NCBI RefSeq assembly: GCF_009914755.1
Contig: NC_060939.1
Direction: 5' to 3' (one strand)
Source: the human T2T-CHM13v2.0 reference genome, Homo sapiens
DNA: 64,000 bases
The notes below the pieces were generated by a model that was not told the origin of the DNA, ran no database searches, and saw only the letters and a list, made by a program, of their open reading frames with translations. This document shows positions 37,390 to 51,105 of this stretch, piece by piece; positions within the stretch are counted from its first letter, which is position 1, and each line of letters begins with the position of its first letter. The translations under genes were made by a program, and so were the position numbers.

Positions 37390-37550
37390 CATGGGAGAAA
37401 GAAAACTTAGAGTTTCAGGACCTGGGGGAGTTCTAGGCCTACCTCTTATTTGCTCTGTGTTTCTGGTGAAATTTCTTAAACTCTCAGGCCCATTCTCTAT
37501 CTGCCTGTAACACTTTTACAGCCCCAGGTAAGTTCTGTGTGAAGTTTACA
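37390..37550 (+). mobile_element. MIR fragment
   Basis: 'gttctaggcc...tttgctctgtgtttctggtgaaatttcttaaactctc...ctgtaa'. Confidence 0.55.
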
Positions 37551-38193
37551 CGTATATTCTTATGATTAGAGCCTCCCAAAGTGTGTGAGCTGGGGCAGTA
37601 GCATGTGGGAATATATGGTTGGAAAGATAAAGGGTGGCTACATAGATAGTCTGATTAAGATTAGCCTATTAAAGGAAAGCTCTACAAGATTAGGAAGGTA
37701 TGCTTATGGCTTTAAACAGACCACTACTCAGGAAGCCACCAAATGGTATCAAATGTTGTACAGCATATTACTTGATCCTGGTCCCATCTAATGGGCAAAG
37801 AAGCTCAGAGGTTGGAGGAAAATGATTTAAGAAAGAAAGAACCGAGATTGTTATGTAAAGACATAGAGGCAGCTATGAAGTATGGGGGCCATTCTGCTGA
37901 GGAAATTTCAATGGAGTTATAACTCAGAGAGAGTCTTTCTTTTTACTCATACTTTATTCAATTAACAAGTATTTTTGAAGCACCCTTTGTATGTCTAGCA
38001 CTGTTAGGTAGTGTGTAGGATATGGAGAGAATAAAAGATGTGGTCCTTTTCCCCCAAACTGATGAAATCTGGCTGCTGTTTTAAGATACCACATCCGTAA
38101 CAATAAAGAAAAAAGCAATATATAATAAAGTGCATGTAGTAAATAAAACGAAAGGCACTAAGAAAGACATTTAATATAAAACAGTGTCTTCTT

Positions 38194-38510
<317 letters not shown>

Positions 38511-38544
38511 TCTTAATGGGCAGTGAAAAAAAGAGGATAACATA

Positions 38545-38720
38545 ATAGTAGATAATGTTTATTGAACACTTACTGTGTAACAGGATCTTACATACACTAC
38601 ATTAAATCCTCATAATAATCTTAAGATGAAGAAAGTGAGGCAAAGGGAAGTTAGGTAACTTTACCAATGTCATACAGCTATTGAGTGGCAGAGACAGGAA
38701 CAAAAATAATGAAGTCTAAA
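38545..38720 (-). mobile_element. MIR SINE
   Basis: 'tttattgaacacttactgtg...aatcctcataataatc...gatgaagaaagtgagg...gtcatacagcta'. Confidence 0.7.
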
Positions 38721-40701
38721 AAAGAGATCCATGTGGGCAGTCAAGAAACTTGAGATTTGCTGAAGATGGTGCTTGAGAGGTACCTGATGTTTAGTTTCAT
38801 TCTACAGTCACATCATCTAGATTTAACAGAGTATAAGTTACTATAGGTCATCTTGTATTCCTTGAATCAGGTACTCGCTAGTCAGTGAATGGTTACTTGT
38901 CAAAAGGAAATGAGCTGAATAAAATGAGCTGGGGAGAGGTAGGGAGAGAAACATCGAAGTAATCACAGAAAGTGGAATGGCAGAAGTAGAAGTGGGAATA
39001 AGGATAACTCTGCCTTCATCCCCAGGGCAAGTCCTAGATTACATCCAGGAAGAAGTCCAGGGGCACAATTTAGCTTTGTGATACTACCTTGGAGATGGCA
39101 GAGCTGGAGCATGGACCAGGGCTCAATTCCCATAACTAAGACAGGAGCATGCTGATGTTTCATATTGACACTGTGAACAACAGACATCCTCTGACTTGGT
39201 GACTCGTCTTTGCTCTGCAAATACATATGCTACTGTAATTGCTAAAAAATTACTTTGGACTCGCAGTTCAAATGGCTAAGTAATGTGGCCTCAGGTTTTT
39301 CCCAGGAACTCTTGCCATGTTTAAACAAACCCCAAGAATGACTGGGTAACACCCTGAGAATTGGCACTCGGTGGTACGCCAACAGCTTGGCTATCCGGAA
39401 CGCTTCTGTCTGACTGCTTTTCCAAATTCAGTGTCTCCCAATCCAACCACGAAATGGCTGAGAAAAATGCCTCCATCCATCTTTTCCAGGGCATTCACCT
39501 CTTCCACTTCCTCACATGACCCTTTCCTACTTCAGCTGCTTTAGTTGGACTGTTTTTCCTTCCTCACCCTCCCACTCACTTCACAGAGCCGGTTTTAGTT
39601 TCTATCTAGTGAACACCGCAGTGAAGGAAAGCCAACATTTTTTTCAATCAGGAGAGTGAAGAGTGGAACTAGCCATCAGGACAAACTTACTTCATCTAGC
39701 AAATGTTCATCTGCTATTTTAACATCTTAGTTAGATCATATGGCCGCGGCAGCCAAAGTCCACAGGGCAACAGGCTGTACTGATACAATTAGCCTATGTA
39801 CCTTCCCATTCCTGGAAGTGCTTTTCCTTGATTATCCTTGAATATCAACAGTTCTTAATTTCCAAAGACAGGACATATAACCTAACTCCCAAATCCCACA
39901 AAGAGAAGAAAAACCTGGCTCCCATCCACTCCTATGTTCCCAGCAACAGTCCCATAGACTCTACTTCTTCACAGTTTCGCTGAACAGTTACACTGAACTT
40001 TTCCACCACTTATACACTTGGTTGGAGCCAACATGTGTTCCTCCCGTATCATGTTTTTAGTAATTAGAAAGTAATTCTCTGAAGCAGAGAATGCTCTGGT
40101 TTGCCAAGAACAAGCTCTGTTGATGACTTCTGAGTGCTGCAAAGGGTTTTGCTGTGGGCTCCATTACAAAAATAATCACTTCGCTGACTACAGAGTCAAT
40201 TTACTCCCTCAACGTGGGCCACCATTTGCCTAGCATTCTCCTAAAAGAATTTCCCTTTGAAAACTGGAATTTTGTAAACAGTTCATAGTCAGATCCAAGT
40301 TAGCTAGAGGTAATGAAGGTCTTTATTACCACTTTTAAATATCAAATGTTGGAATCAATGAAGTAGAATGAGCTCATTATTACTCACCAGATGGTATGAG
40401 GAGTCATGAAAGATAATCAAACATTCTTTAGTTTGACAAACAGTGGGTTTCCCAGCCCCCTAAATAGTCTTTTCTCCATTCTAGATATTAGGGTAAGCAT
40501 ATGATTATTGTCAATGTATACAGGTAACCAGTGCTGGATTCACACAGAACTATGAAATCAGCAAAGCTGACCTTCACTGTGTCTCCCATCCTGAATGTAT
40601 TTTCCAGCTTTATAGTTTCCCTTCAACTTTCATTTTGAGATGCCTTTATTCTAAGGCTTCTCTATAAAATATAGGAGAGTGTTAATGACTGAAACATTAT
40701 T

Positions 40702-40943
40702 TTTTTTTCAAATCTATTTTTATGGTATTCTTTTTTTAAATTTTATTATTATTATACTTTAAGTTTTAGGGTGCATGTGCACAATGTGCAAGTTTGTTAC
40801 ATATGTATACATGTGCCATGTTGGTGTGCTGCACCCATTAACGCGTCATTTAGCATTAGGTATATCTCCTGATGCTATCCCTCCCCTCTCCCCCTACCCC
40901 ACAACAGTCCCCGGTGTGTGATGTTCCCCTTCCTGTGTCCATG
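40702..40943 (-). mobile_element. Short, young L1PA (L1PA3/4-like) 3' end with a candidate 3' transduction
   Basis: 'ttattatactttaagttttagggt.catgtgcacaatgtgca...ccccttcctgtgtccatg'. TSD gactgaaacattatt (40687-40701) / gactgacacattatt (40944-40958). Confidence 0.95.
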
Positions 40944-41605
40944 GACTGACACATTATTGATGTTCATAGGAAAGTTGTTTTAGCCTGATGGGATTTTCTA
41001 AGATGCATGCGTGAAATTCTAGGCACCAGCCATCAGGGGGAGCAGTTGTGGTTTTGTGTGGTGGGTCTTCCTGGTCTTTGCGGAATCAGAATTTAGTCTT
41101 ACAGTTTCCTGCAGGTGAATAACCTACTTTACCAAAATGTGGAGATGGCTCATTCATTACCTGAAGAAGAACAAGGATGCAACTACTGTTCTTTAATGCT
41201 AATATGGAGCATCACATTGTCATTTGTAGTTAGGAATGACTTTCCCTGATAATAATGTCTGTTAGGTTCTGGCAACATTCTTTCAGACCTGTAAGTCTTG
41301 GGTAATAGTCACTGGATAATATTCGTAGTTCTCTCCCGCAGTGAATAAGTGGTGAAGGTTAAATTATTCCAAAAATGGATGTGGGCAATATTTAAGAAAT
41401 TCTGATTTTATGACTTATGTTGCCTTGAAATATAATATTTTAATCATATATTTATATAATTTTTACTTAAAAGGAACTCAAAATACATTGCAGATGTTAT
41501 TAAGGTGAGGAGTATAGCACCATAGTAGCTAGGATTTATTGAGTGTTTCCTACGTGCCAGGAGCTTCAAACAATTCTACATCCACATGGCAATCCTAATA
41601 AATAG

Positions 41606-41946
<341 letters not shown>

Positions 41947-43809
41947 TAATTAACAGATGAAGGAACATATTAAGCAATTTGCCCAAAATCACAGGCAAGA
42001 ATTTGAACCCTATTAGTCTGACTCCAGAGCTTGGGTCTTAGCAGCACCAAAGGTAACAGTACCTATGTTTAAAAGGATAAAATTAGGAATTTATTGAAAA
42101 ATATAAGTGGTCAAGCTGGGATGGAAAACTAGTTTTGTTGTTGGTCTTTTTTCATTCCCAAGCAAGAACATGTTTTACTGCCTATCCCACTGAATTCTAG
42201 CCAAAGATTTCTCTGTAATAGAACAATAGAATAACTTTCCAAAATATGGTAAGAATGCAGATAGACTAGCAGTGGAGTAAATTCCCTTTCTCAAAGCAGG
42301 CAAGGAGGGTGCAGAGGGGTTAATCCTGATGACCCTTGTCAAGGGAGGACACTCCCAGATATAGCCTAGGCCATAAGGCCCAAGTCTCTTCTCTTTCTGA
42401 AATTCTGCTCTATCCCCTTTTAGCTTGTGAACCCAAAACTGGAAAGCTGCTTGGCTCTGTTTCCTCAGTTTTTGTTCTTGACATAGCAATCCAACGTTAC
42501 TTACTCTTCATTTACTCTACACCTACCCCATCCGTCCTCAACAGACCATGATATCAGACCTTGGTTTTTAATTCCCCTCCCTTTCACTTAGTGCTTTAGG
42601 AAAGACATTGTTGACATTGGACCAAACCTCACTATTATTAACTCAGACCTGAGATACTTCTTCTGGTATATAACATTGTTTAACAGATTTCAAATACTCC
42701 AAACTGGATTTTCTTAAACCTCTAATGCAGCAGAATCATAGAGATCTTTAAAAATATGGATTCTAAAGAAAACATGACCTTGAAATAGACATATAGTTAC
42801 AAAATAGGAAACAAAAAGCGTTAAATGAGAATGCACATTTCATGACAATTACTCGAACTTACACATGTAATTCTGTGAACTTTTCTGTGTGTTATACTTT
42901 AAAAAAACAAGTTTACCTTCAAAAGTATATGTTTCTGGGGTTTTTCTCCAGGCCTCATGAGTCAGCAATTCCTGCATTAGAGTCCAGGAAATTTTATTGT
43001 TAAATTGTCCTTAGTCATTGAGATAAGCAATTAGTTTGGCGAAGTACCAAAACTCCTAGGAGAGCAAATAGTATGTTAAGAATTCTAAGGCCAGGAGGAT
43101 GAGGTTTATTTCCCACACAGAGAATGATTCTGGAAAACAATTAGATTGGGAAAATGTGCATTTCACTCCTACAAAGTCATGTGCCACTGCCTGGATGAAC
43201 AGAGTATATATGTGATGCAGCCCCCTATTTTAGTCCACTAAGAGCCACCTTTCTTCTTTCAACTGCAGCCTATAGCTGTAGAGACAAGAGCAGAACTGCA
43301 GAATGTCACCATTTGAGAGGCCCTTTACCCACATTCTTGTCCTGATGAGTCACTCACTGGTTAAATACAGTAGGTAACCTTTGTGTGCTGAATCCCAGCC
43401 TCTGAAATCATGCAGCAGGCCAACTCACTACAGTGAAAAACAAGCCTCCCCTTCCTCCTTCTGTGGTGGCAATAACTCAGTTGTGGGCTACAGGAGATCC
43501 TTGCGTGCCAAGTGAGCAAGTTATGGGGTTCCTGGTAAAGAGAAGTTGCTTGTTTGGATCAAGTTAGATGGATGTAAATTTTGAAAAGGCCAAACAAATG
43601 GGTGATGCTCTCTTGTTTAGCATTTGTACTAAGTTATCTTCACAAAGAGCTATACAAAGGCTTAAAATAAAATCAACCAGTCTCAATTCTTCCAGCCTGG
43701 GAGAAAAGAAACGCCCATTAGGACACTGATCTTTAAGATGCTACCTCCTTCAGAAAAGTGGCAAAATGACCACAAGATGTTTGTGTACTAAATGTGTACT
43801 AAACTGAAT

Positions 43810-44010
43810 GTACACTAAACCAAATTCTTGAAATTCCATCCATTTACCCTTTCACCCATTTCCAAAATTACACTTCCCCAGTCTTTCCACCTAATGAGTG
43901 GCTCCACTATTCACCATGATAATTAGGTGGAAAACCTAGGAGTCATCCTTGCCTCCTCCCTTTTCTCATACTCACTATGCAATCCATGAAACCATTATGA
44001 TCCCTTATCT
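43810..44010 (+). mobile_element. L2 fragment, continued at 46036-46625
   Basis: 'aaaacctaggagtcatccttgcctcctccctttt'. Confidence 0.65.
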
Positions 44011-44012
44011 GG

Positions 44013-46035
44013 TGTAGTTGATGCTGTTCTGCACTACCGCAATGTCTCCCTTTAGAACTAAAGTACACATTCCATATGACTTCAGCAGAAGTACTGACCG
44101 GAAGACATCAGCCATTCTGTCACTGTCCACCCTACAGCTGGTACAACAGGTGTATTAACAGAATAGCCATGGTCACAAGAGTGGAGCCTATGCTTGGGCC
44201 CATCAGTATGAGATTTCACTTACCAAAGCTCATTTGGTTATTACTGCCACTAAGTTGTTTTTTGTTTGGTTGTTTGTTTCGTTTTTTTTTAGATGGAGTC
44301 TTGCTCTGTTGCCCAGACTGGAGTGCAGTGGTGTGATCTCGGCAACCTCCGCCTCCTGGGCTCAAGCAATTCTCTCGTCTCAGCCTCCTGACTGGCTGAG
44401 ACTATAGGTGTGCGCCACCACACCTGGCTAATTTTGTATTTTTAGTAGAGACCAGGTTTTGCCATGTTGGCCAGGCTGGTCTCGAACTCCAGAGCCACTA
44501 AGTTTTTAATATTCCAGCCATAAAGACCAAACTGGAGTCCCCAGTTTGGTAGCACCCTAAGTGAGATGAATCACCCACATGCTGGTGAATTAACTACACT
44601 GGATCACTTTCATCCTGGAAGAGGTTTGCTTTGCTTAATTGGACTTAACTCATATTCCAGCTACTAGCTTTGCCTTTCCTCCCTGCAGGGCCTCAGCCAG
44701 CACTGTTATTCAAAGGCTTAGAGAGAGTGTGATCCAACAACATGAGAGCCAACATAATATACTATCATATAATTGCAGATATGTATTGCAATATACGTAA
44801 CTGCAGAATCCACTTTACAGCATCAGAGGTTCAGCAGTGACCATGGGATCCACTGGAGCTACCACATGCTACAGTACCCAGAGACTTCTGACCTGGCAGT
44901 GCTGTGGACTGTCCTTGTGAAGGTGCAACTCTGGTACCAGCTTGCCGATGAAGTACGTACCCTAAATCAATGACCATCGCATGATGCTGTATTATCAAAA
45001 AGGAAGAATACATGGATATGGGAACTGCATAGCAGAAATAAGGGTAACTCTGCTTACCTTCACTCCCAGTGACCCACTTGGGTAATCTGTGCTTCCCATC
45101 ACCACCACTCTAGGTTTTGTGGGTCTGTGTTTCCCAGAGAAGGAACACGTCCACCAAGGAACATATGAGTTTTATTAAACCTTATAGTTCAACAACCACC
45201 CAGTCACCTTGAGCTTCTTAGCCAAGAAAGCAACAGACAAGGAAGGGAATCACTGCCATAGTCGAAGTAAATGAGCCTGTTTGTTAGGAGGCAGGACTGC
45301 TCTATCACAGTGGAGTCAGGGAAGAACACATTTGGCACCCAGTGATCCACAGGGAATCTCTTGGTTATCCTCTGACCCATTTGACAGCACATGGGCAACC
45401 AGAAGGGCATGGTGACCAGAGCTCGGACCCCTTAGGAGTGAGTGTCTGAGTCTCTCCATTACATAAGCTACTGGGCCAGCAGAGGAGTGAGCCAAATGCA
45501 GAGAAGCTAGAATGGGTAGTAAAGAAGGTAAGTTTTAGTTATAGTCAAGAGACCAGTTTTTTCCCCTGGAAAAACAGACTAGTAAGAATCCTAGAGCAGC
45601 TACTGCCAGATGGGATGAAGAAACAGGAAGCAGCTGGATGCAGATGGCACGGGGGTTGATTGTTGTTGATACCCAAATGCCCCTTAAGGTTTGAGCCACT
45701 CATTCCCCCAGTTGCTGGAAGTGTCACTTCCTGATGGCTCACAACTTAGTCCCTTCTCAGGAATCCACCTTCATAAAAGGGAGCTGCCTCACTCAAGCTT
45801 GCACCTCCTTTCCAGGGGCAGCCAATGTCTAATGATTGTTTGATGAGGGGTTACAAAGGCCTGACCACCCGCCCCCACCTTTGCCTCCAGTTGAGACATC
45901 AACTCAATCACAGTTTGAATTCTTCCTCTGCCCATTCCTGCCTCCTTCACTCCTTACACAATCTGTTCCCAAACATACTCCACAACCACCTGCACTCAAA
46001 TCTCTCTCACAAAGTCTATTTCCCATTGAATACAA
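44013..46035 (+). mobile_element. Deleted ERVL-class provirus (LTR16 / HERV16-like): 5' LTR stub, integrase and dUTPase remnants, 3' LTR16 at ~45661-46035
   Basis: From 44159 translates QNSHGHKSGAYAWAHQYEISLTKAHL (cf. ERVL integrase GHGGRDGGYAWAQQHGLPLTKADL); later 'W*INYTGSLSSWK'; purine tract then LTR16-like 'cactcattcccccagttgctggaagtgt'. Confidence 0.75.
44257..44493 (-). mobile_element. 5'-truncated Alu inside the ERVL integrase remnant
   Basis: TSD gccactaagtt (44246-44256 / 44494-44504). Confidence 0.92.
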
Positions 46036-46625
46036 AACCTTTACTCCACTCAGCAGCCAGGATGATCCTCAAATGTAAGTTAGGTAATGTCACTCCACAT
46101 CATGGTTTCCCATCACTCTTAAAATCAAAGGTCCCTCCCAGGACTCACAAGCACCCGCCTCCTCTCCAGCTGCTCTTCTCCTTCCTCACTCCACTCTCTG
46201 GCCTTCTGGCTGACCCACCCTTGTCAAGCAGTCTCCCAGCTCAGGGCATGGGTGCTGCCATTCTCTCTGCCTGGAGTGTGCTTCCTCCAATACACAAATG
46301 GTTTGCCACCTCTCTTTATTCAGGTCTTTGGCTAGCTTCCACCTTTATCGGAGGGGTCTCCTTTGTTTATTCTAACAAAAGTATACTCTGTGCCTACCTA
46401 TTTTGTTTTTCTGCATAGCCTTTACCACTACCTCACATTCTCTTATTAATTGCTTGATTAAAGAGTCTTTTGTCTTTCTTCCCCCATTATAAAGTAACAT
46501 CCATGTAAACAAGGATTTTTCCATTTTTCCTGTTCTGTCCACTGCTGTGTCCCTCGTACCTAGACAGAACTATTTGTATTAGCAGGCATTCAGCAAATAG
46601 CTACTGAATTACTGAATAAATGTAT
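46036..46625 (+). mobile_element. L2 3' end
   Basis: 'cactcagcagccaggatgatc' ... 'gtccactgctgtgtccc...gcattcagcaaatag...tgaataaatg'. Confidence 0.8.
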
Positions 46626-47109
46626 AAAATAGCAGATGAGTAAACAGTATGTGGTGAGTCCACATATCCAAGTATACAGGTTTTCCCAAACAAAAGAGTA
46701 GGACAATCTAAAACATGCTGACAATGACCCTGTCACTAGTAGTACGCACTCTCACTCCAAACTTGGATGAATCACATTCATTAGGAGTGGCCTATTGCTG
46801 ACTCAAATTTTTTAACGGTCCCCACAGGCTAATGAAGAATTCAAGTGGTTCAGTAAAAGCACAAAAGTCTTTAATAAGTCTGACGCCTTATTTCTGCAAA
46901 GTGTTGTGAAGGAAAGGATTGGATTTGGGTGCTTGGGGTTTTGTTTTTACTTGTTTCTTTTCTTTTCTTTTTTGTTTTTTATGACAATGCCCATCATATG
47001 CCTACACCTAGCAGTCAATAGATAGGACACGGGCCATTTTATCCAAAGTCTCATCAGCTACCACAGCAACAAGGTAAAGGGCACAGAAAGAGCTCAGATA
47101 GGTGCTACG

Positions 47110-47590
47110 TCACTCAGAGTTCAGGTAACATAACTGGAAATAGCTCCAGATATGTAAGAAGAGAGATTTCACACAATGGTGCTTGCACAATCTTTGGAAG
47201 GGCTGGAGGAGGAGAAGTCACTTTCTTCAAGGTAGCATCACCATAGTTACAGGGCTGAGACTGGAAAGAGCTGCTATGCTGCTTCCACTCTGGCCACTGC
47301 CCCAACTGTGTGACACCCACGGGTTGGCCACCTGGCTCTGGAATGTGGATTTCCACCTCCAAAAATGTTCTCCCTCTCCTGACCTTGCCCACTAGCCCCT
47401 ATAGCAGCAGGAGACCCAGCTCCCTTAGGCGGTCCCTACATTGGTAGAATGCCCATTTCATTGGTAAAACTATATCACATCCAGAACCTCGTTGCACATT
47501 AGTCTGTGAAATGTCATTTTTAGTCTTCCAGATACAAATAGGTAAAATAAATGGTAGAAATGGATGTTGAGTGAAATAAGCTTTATCCAG
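47110..47590 (-). mobile_element. Old ERVL/MaLR-class LTR (family uncertain)
   Basis: 'cacatccagaacctcgttgca...gtctgtgaaatgtcatttttagtcttccag' is a motif typical of old MLT1/LTR33-type LTRs. Confidence 0.45.
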
Positions 47591-47704
47591 CAAATGTGCC
47601 AACAGTGAGAAACTTCAAATGGGGCGGTCCTTTCCTTTGCAAGAATTAAGTTTAGTATTGGGATGGCTTTTTTGGAAGACAAAAGAAAGTCCCATGAACA
47701 GATA

Positions 47705-47945
47705 ACAATAAATTCTATAATGAGTGCTTACTTTATACTTGGCGCAATACAAAGCATTTAATATTCATAATCGCATCTACCACATCTCCATGACTCTATG
47801 AAGCCAGTAGTTAGTAATATTATTTCCATTTTACAGATGAGACAAGGCCTAGAAAGTTTCAGAGGTGTGCCAAGGACATACAGAGAGTGAGGAGCAGAGC
47901 TGGGATATAAACTCAAGGCCAAAGCTTTAACCACTAGGCAACTTC
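47705..47945 (-). mobile_element. MIR SINE
   Basis: 'tttccattttacagatgaga...ccaaggacatacag...gcagagctggga'. Confidence 0.7.
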
Positions 47946-48589
47946 ACCCCCACCTCCAGCTTAAACCATGTATCATCATAGAAAACTCTTCACCACCTCT
48001 CTCTCTCTCTCTAGCTCTCTTGCTCTCTCGCTTTCTCACTCTCACCTTCATTCTTGCTTCCAGTATATAATCCCTTATATGATGCATGTATCCATACATT
48101 TACATATTCACTGTCATCAAGGGACTCTAAAACTCATACATATCATGTTTCAGCACTCTAAAAAGATTAGTTCATTTCCAAACATAGCTGCATAAAGAAG
48201 GTTTGAAAACTTCTCTGAGAAATGGCACAACTCTTTGGATAACAGAAATGGGATGGTGGGGAAATACCAGTATCCCTAGTAGGAAAACTTAAAAGACATT
48301 TCAAAATTCTCTTAGTCATGCATCAAGGAGTCTTGAGAAAGACCAGTCACCCCGGCTATTTTTGTTGCTGAGAAAATTTAAACACTTCTATATTTGTTTT
48401 GTGGTTTCCTAGGTTATCTTTTCCAGAGGTCATTCTGGATTGTGATTAAGTGAGAAGCAAGAGGGGGTTGGGAAGCATAGATGAAGTAGAATGGCAAGCA
48501 CATCATCTTCCTGCTGAGAACCCCCTGCATAATCTTAGAAAGCAAAGTGGAAGGGCCTGGCATTGTTGAATTGAAGTCTACTTAGTATA

Positions 48590-48780
48590 GGTTCTTCCGT
48601 GCAACCCTCTAATTTAGTTCTCACAAAAATCTCGTCAAGTAGAAAGTACTGACTCTGAATGATGAGTAGACTAAGCTAAGGTTTAGTAACTTGTCCACCC
48701 TCACACTGATAGCAGGCCACAGGGCTAGGATTTGAACCCACATCTCTGGGTTCTTCTTCTCAAATCACCTATGCCCCACT
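48590..48780 (-). mobile_element. MIR SINE
   Basis: 'tttagttctcacaaaaa...agtaacttgtcca...ctaggatttgaaccca'. Confidence 0.6.
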
Positions 48781-48924
48781 ACCTAGATTCTAGAATTTTC
48801 TTTGTTGAGATTGTCATTTCTGGTTTCATTATACTTTCAATTTAAAAATAGCCTGACCTAATTATTGTTATATATTTGTGTGAACCTTGCTAAGAATAAA
48901 GTTCAGTATCACCTGTGAAGCTGG

Positions 48925-49250
48925 ATCAATGTTGGGGATCTTGTTTCCCAGAGGAGGAACATTTCTACCAGGGGACAGACACAGCAAGAGTTTTGTGAAA
49001 CCTTAAGGTATGGTTCTCACCCAGTCACTCAGGTTCCTTGGCCAAGGGACCAGCAGGCAAAAAAGGAATCACCACCCTAGTAGGGTAAATGAACTTGATC
49101 ACAAGGAGGAGATGGTGATGCTCTATCACAGTGGAGTCAGGGGAGATATATTTGGCACTTGGATGATCCACAGGGCATCTCTTGTCTCTCCTTTGCAATT
49201 TTGACAGTATTTGGACAATGACAGCATAGGGGCATGATGACCAGGGTCTA
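48925..49250 (+). mobile_element. ERVL internal (dUTPase-region) fragment
   Basis: Translates PRGGTFLPGD..KVWFSPSHSG; homologous to 45125-45425. Confidence 0.7.
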
Positions 49251-49974
49251 ACAATCTACTGCTGAAGAAAACTTTATAGAATTATGAGGAATTAGCAGCA
49301 GTTAGAACAAACTATGACTGGGCACAAGAAAGTGCCACAGGAAGGGACAAGGAACACAGGACAATTGTCAACCTAGAAATGTTTTCTTCTGATTGTGGCA
49401 AACTTTGAGGATTTATGCTGAGGTCATCAGCATAAACCTTGGTCCTACTTGCTAATTTTAGTCATAAAGATGAAAGGAGGTTATAAAATCAGAATTGTTT
49501 CTGGACATTTCCGGAGCTTGCTATACATGTCCTTTTGATCTGCTTCAAAAACTAGAGGCATCAAGACCTCATGAGTAGTTCTGTGGCCTGTGCTTTCAGA
49601 TCACCTGAACTCCCCTACCTGAATATGGTCCACACCTTCCTCACATTTAGATTCAGCCACCTACTATGGGAACTTGAAAAGCAGCTTAGGGTTTTGTTTA
49701 CATCTAACAAGTAGTCTTTCTTGATGGTTAAGGTGACTGTTAAGGTTAACTGAGGGACAATGTGAAGTCAAACCTTCCCTCAAATACCTTTCCTATATGT
49801 TTCTCAAAAAGATAAGCTTACATTTAAAAAAAATGAATCAATGGCGAATGAATAAATGATGACTTGCTTTCTCATAGGCAGCCAAGAATACAATTCCTCA
49901 AGTCTCTGAGTTATATAACAAGGGGGAGGGGAGAACATAGTTTCCAAAGGGCCTCTATTCAATATTTAATGGAT

Positions 49975-50505
49975 TTACTCATTCAATCATTATTTTATTT
50001 CATTCATTTGAAAAAAAACTACTATTTTCCAGGCATCATGCTACAGGCTAGGGATCAAATGCAAATATCATATAGTTGTATCCTTCAGAAATTTAAAACT
50101 GAGTGAAGGAGTCAGGTAATTTAATGTTTATAGCTTAAGTAGTTTAGCAGAAGAAGACACGAAATTCTAATTTCTGAACAGTATGGAGGATGAGGATTGG
50201 AGAAGGCAAAAGACAGAAGGCAGTATTTGAACTAGACAACATATAATAAATAGGTGATTGCTAGGTAAGGAGGAAGGGCTTTCCAAGAGAAGATGTCAAG
50301 CATCAAAGTTGTGGCTGGAAAGTAGATAGAAGTCCAGTAAGGTTAGAGCAGAGGGGTCATGAGTATGGAAGAGTGGCTGAGGGCGAAGATAGAAAACTAG
50401 GTGGGGTCACTGCATGAGGGGCCTCGAATACCAGTTTCAGTGTATACTGTTGATATTTGACGGGCGACATGGATTCATTAGGTGTTCTAAGCAGGAGAGT
50501 AACTG
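49975..50505 (-). mobile_element. L2 fragment
   Basis: 'ttcattcattt...ccaggcatcatgctacaggctaggga...ttctaagcaggagagt'. Confidence 0.6.
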
Positions 50506-50734
50506 ACAGTATACGCGCTCTTGCCTTCTGCATTCCTAACCTTTAGTGGCTCTCTCCTACCATGCTGGCTTCACTGCTCCTTTACTGCTCATGTTCCTCC
50601 TGATGTAGCCTCACTGTGGGTACTGCACAAGGTTTACTCTTACTTCTTTCTTTTTCCTGATGAATAATTCCTGCTTCCTAATCTACCTGTCAGCTCTCTG
50701 TTATTAACTCAAATCCTTATCATCTGCCTGCATC

Positions 50735-51038
50735 TTTTTTTTTTTTTTTTTTTTTTTGAAATGGAGTCTCGCTCTTATTGCCCAGGCTGGAGTTCAGTGG
50801 CCCATCTGGGCTCACTGCTACCTCCACCTCCTGGGTTCAAGCGATTCTCCTCCCTCAGCCTCTTGAGTAGCTGGGATTACAGGCACGTGCCACCACGCCT
50901 AGCTAATTTTGTATTTTTAGTAGAAACCATGTTTCTCCATGTTGGTCAGGCTGGTCTCGCACTCCCGACCTCAGGTGATCCGCCCACCTCAGCCTCCCAA
51001 AGTGCTGAGATTACAGGCATGAGCCACTGCGCCCGGCC
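50735..51038 (-). mobile_element. AluSp-like
   Basis: Poly-T, antisense dimer, 'tctccatgttggtcaggctgg' and 'cccgacctcaggtgatccgcc'. Confidence 0.95.
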
Positions 51039-51105
51039 ATGTGTATCTTTTACTCATTTTCAGTCTATTTTTCTCATAACATATATGTCATCACCACTGG
51101 AATGT

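Noticed and set aside
45825-46418. Longest ORF in the track (197 aa)
   Set aside because: Spans the LTR16/L2 junction, has Leu/Ser/His-rich low-information composition and no recognisable domain
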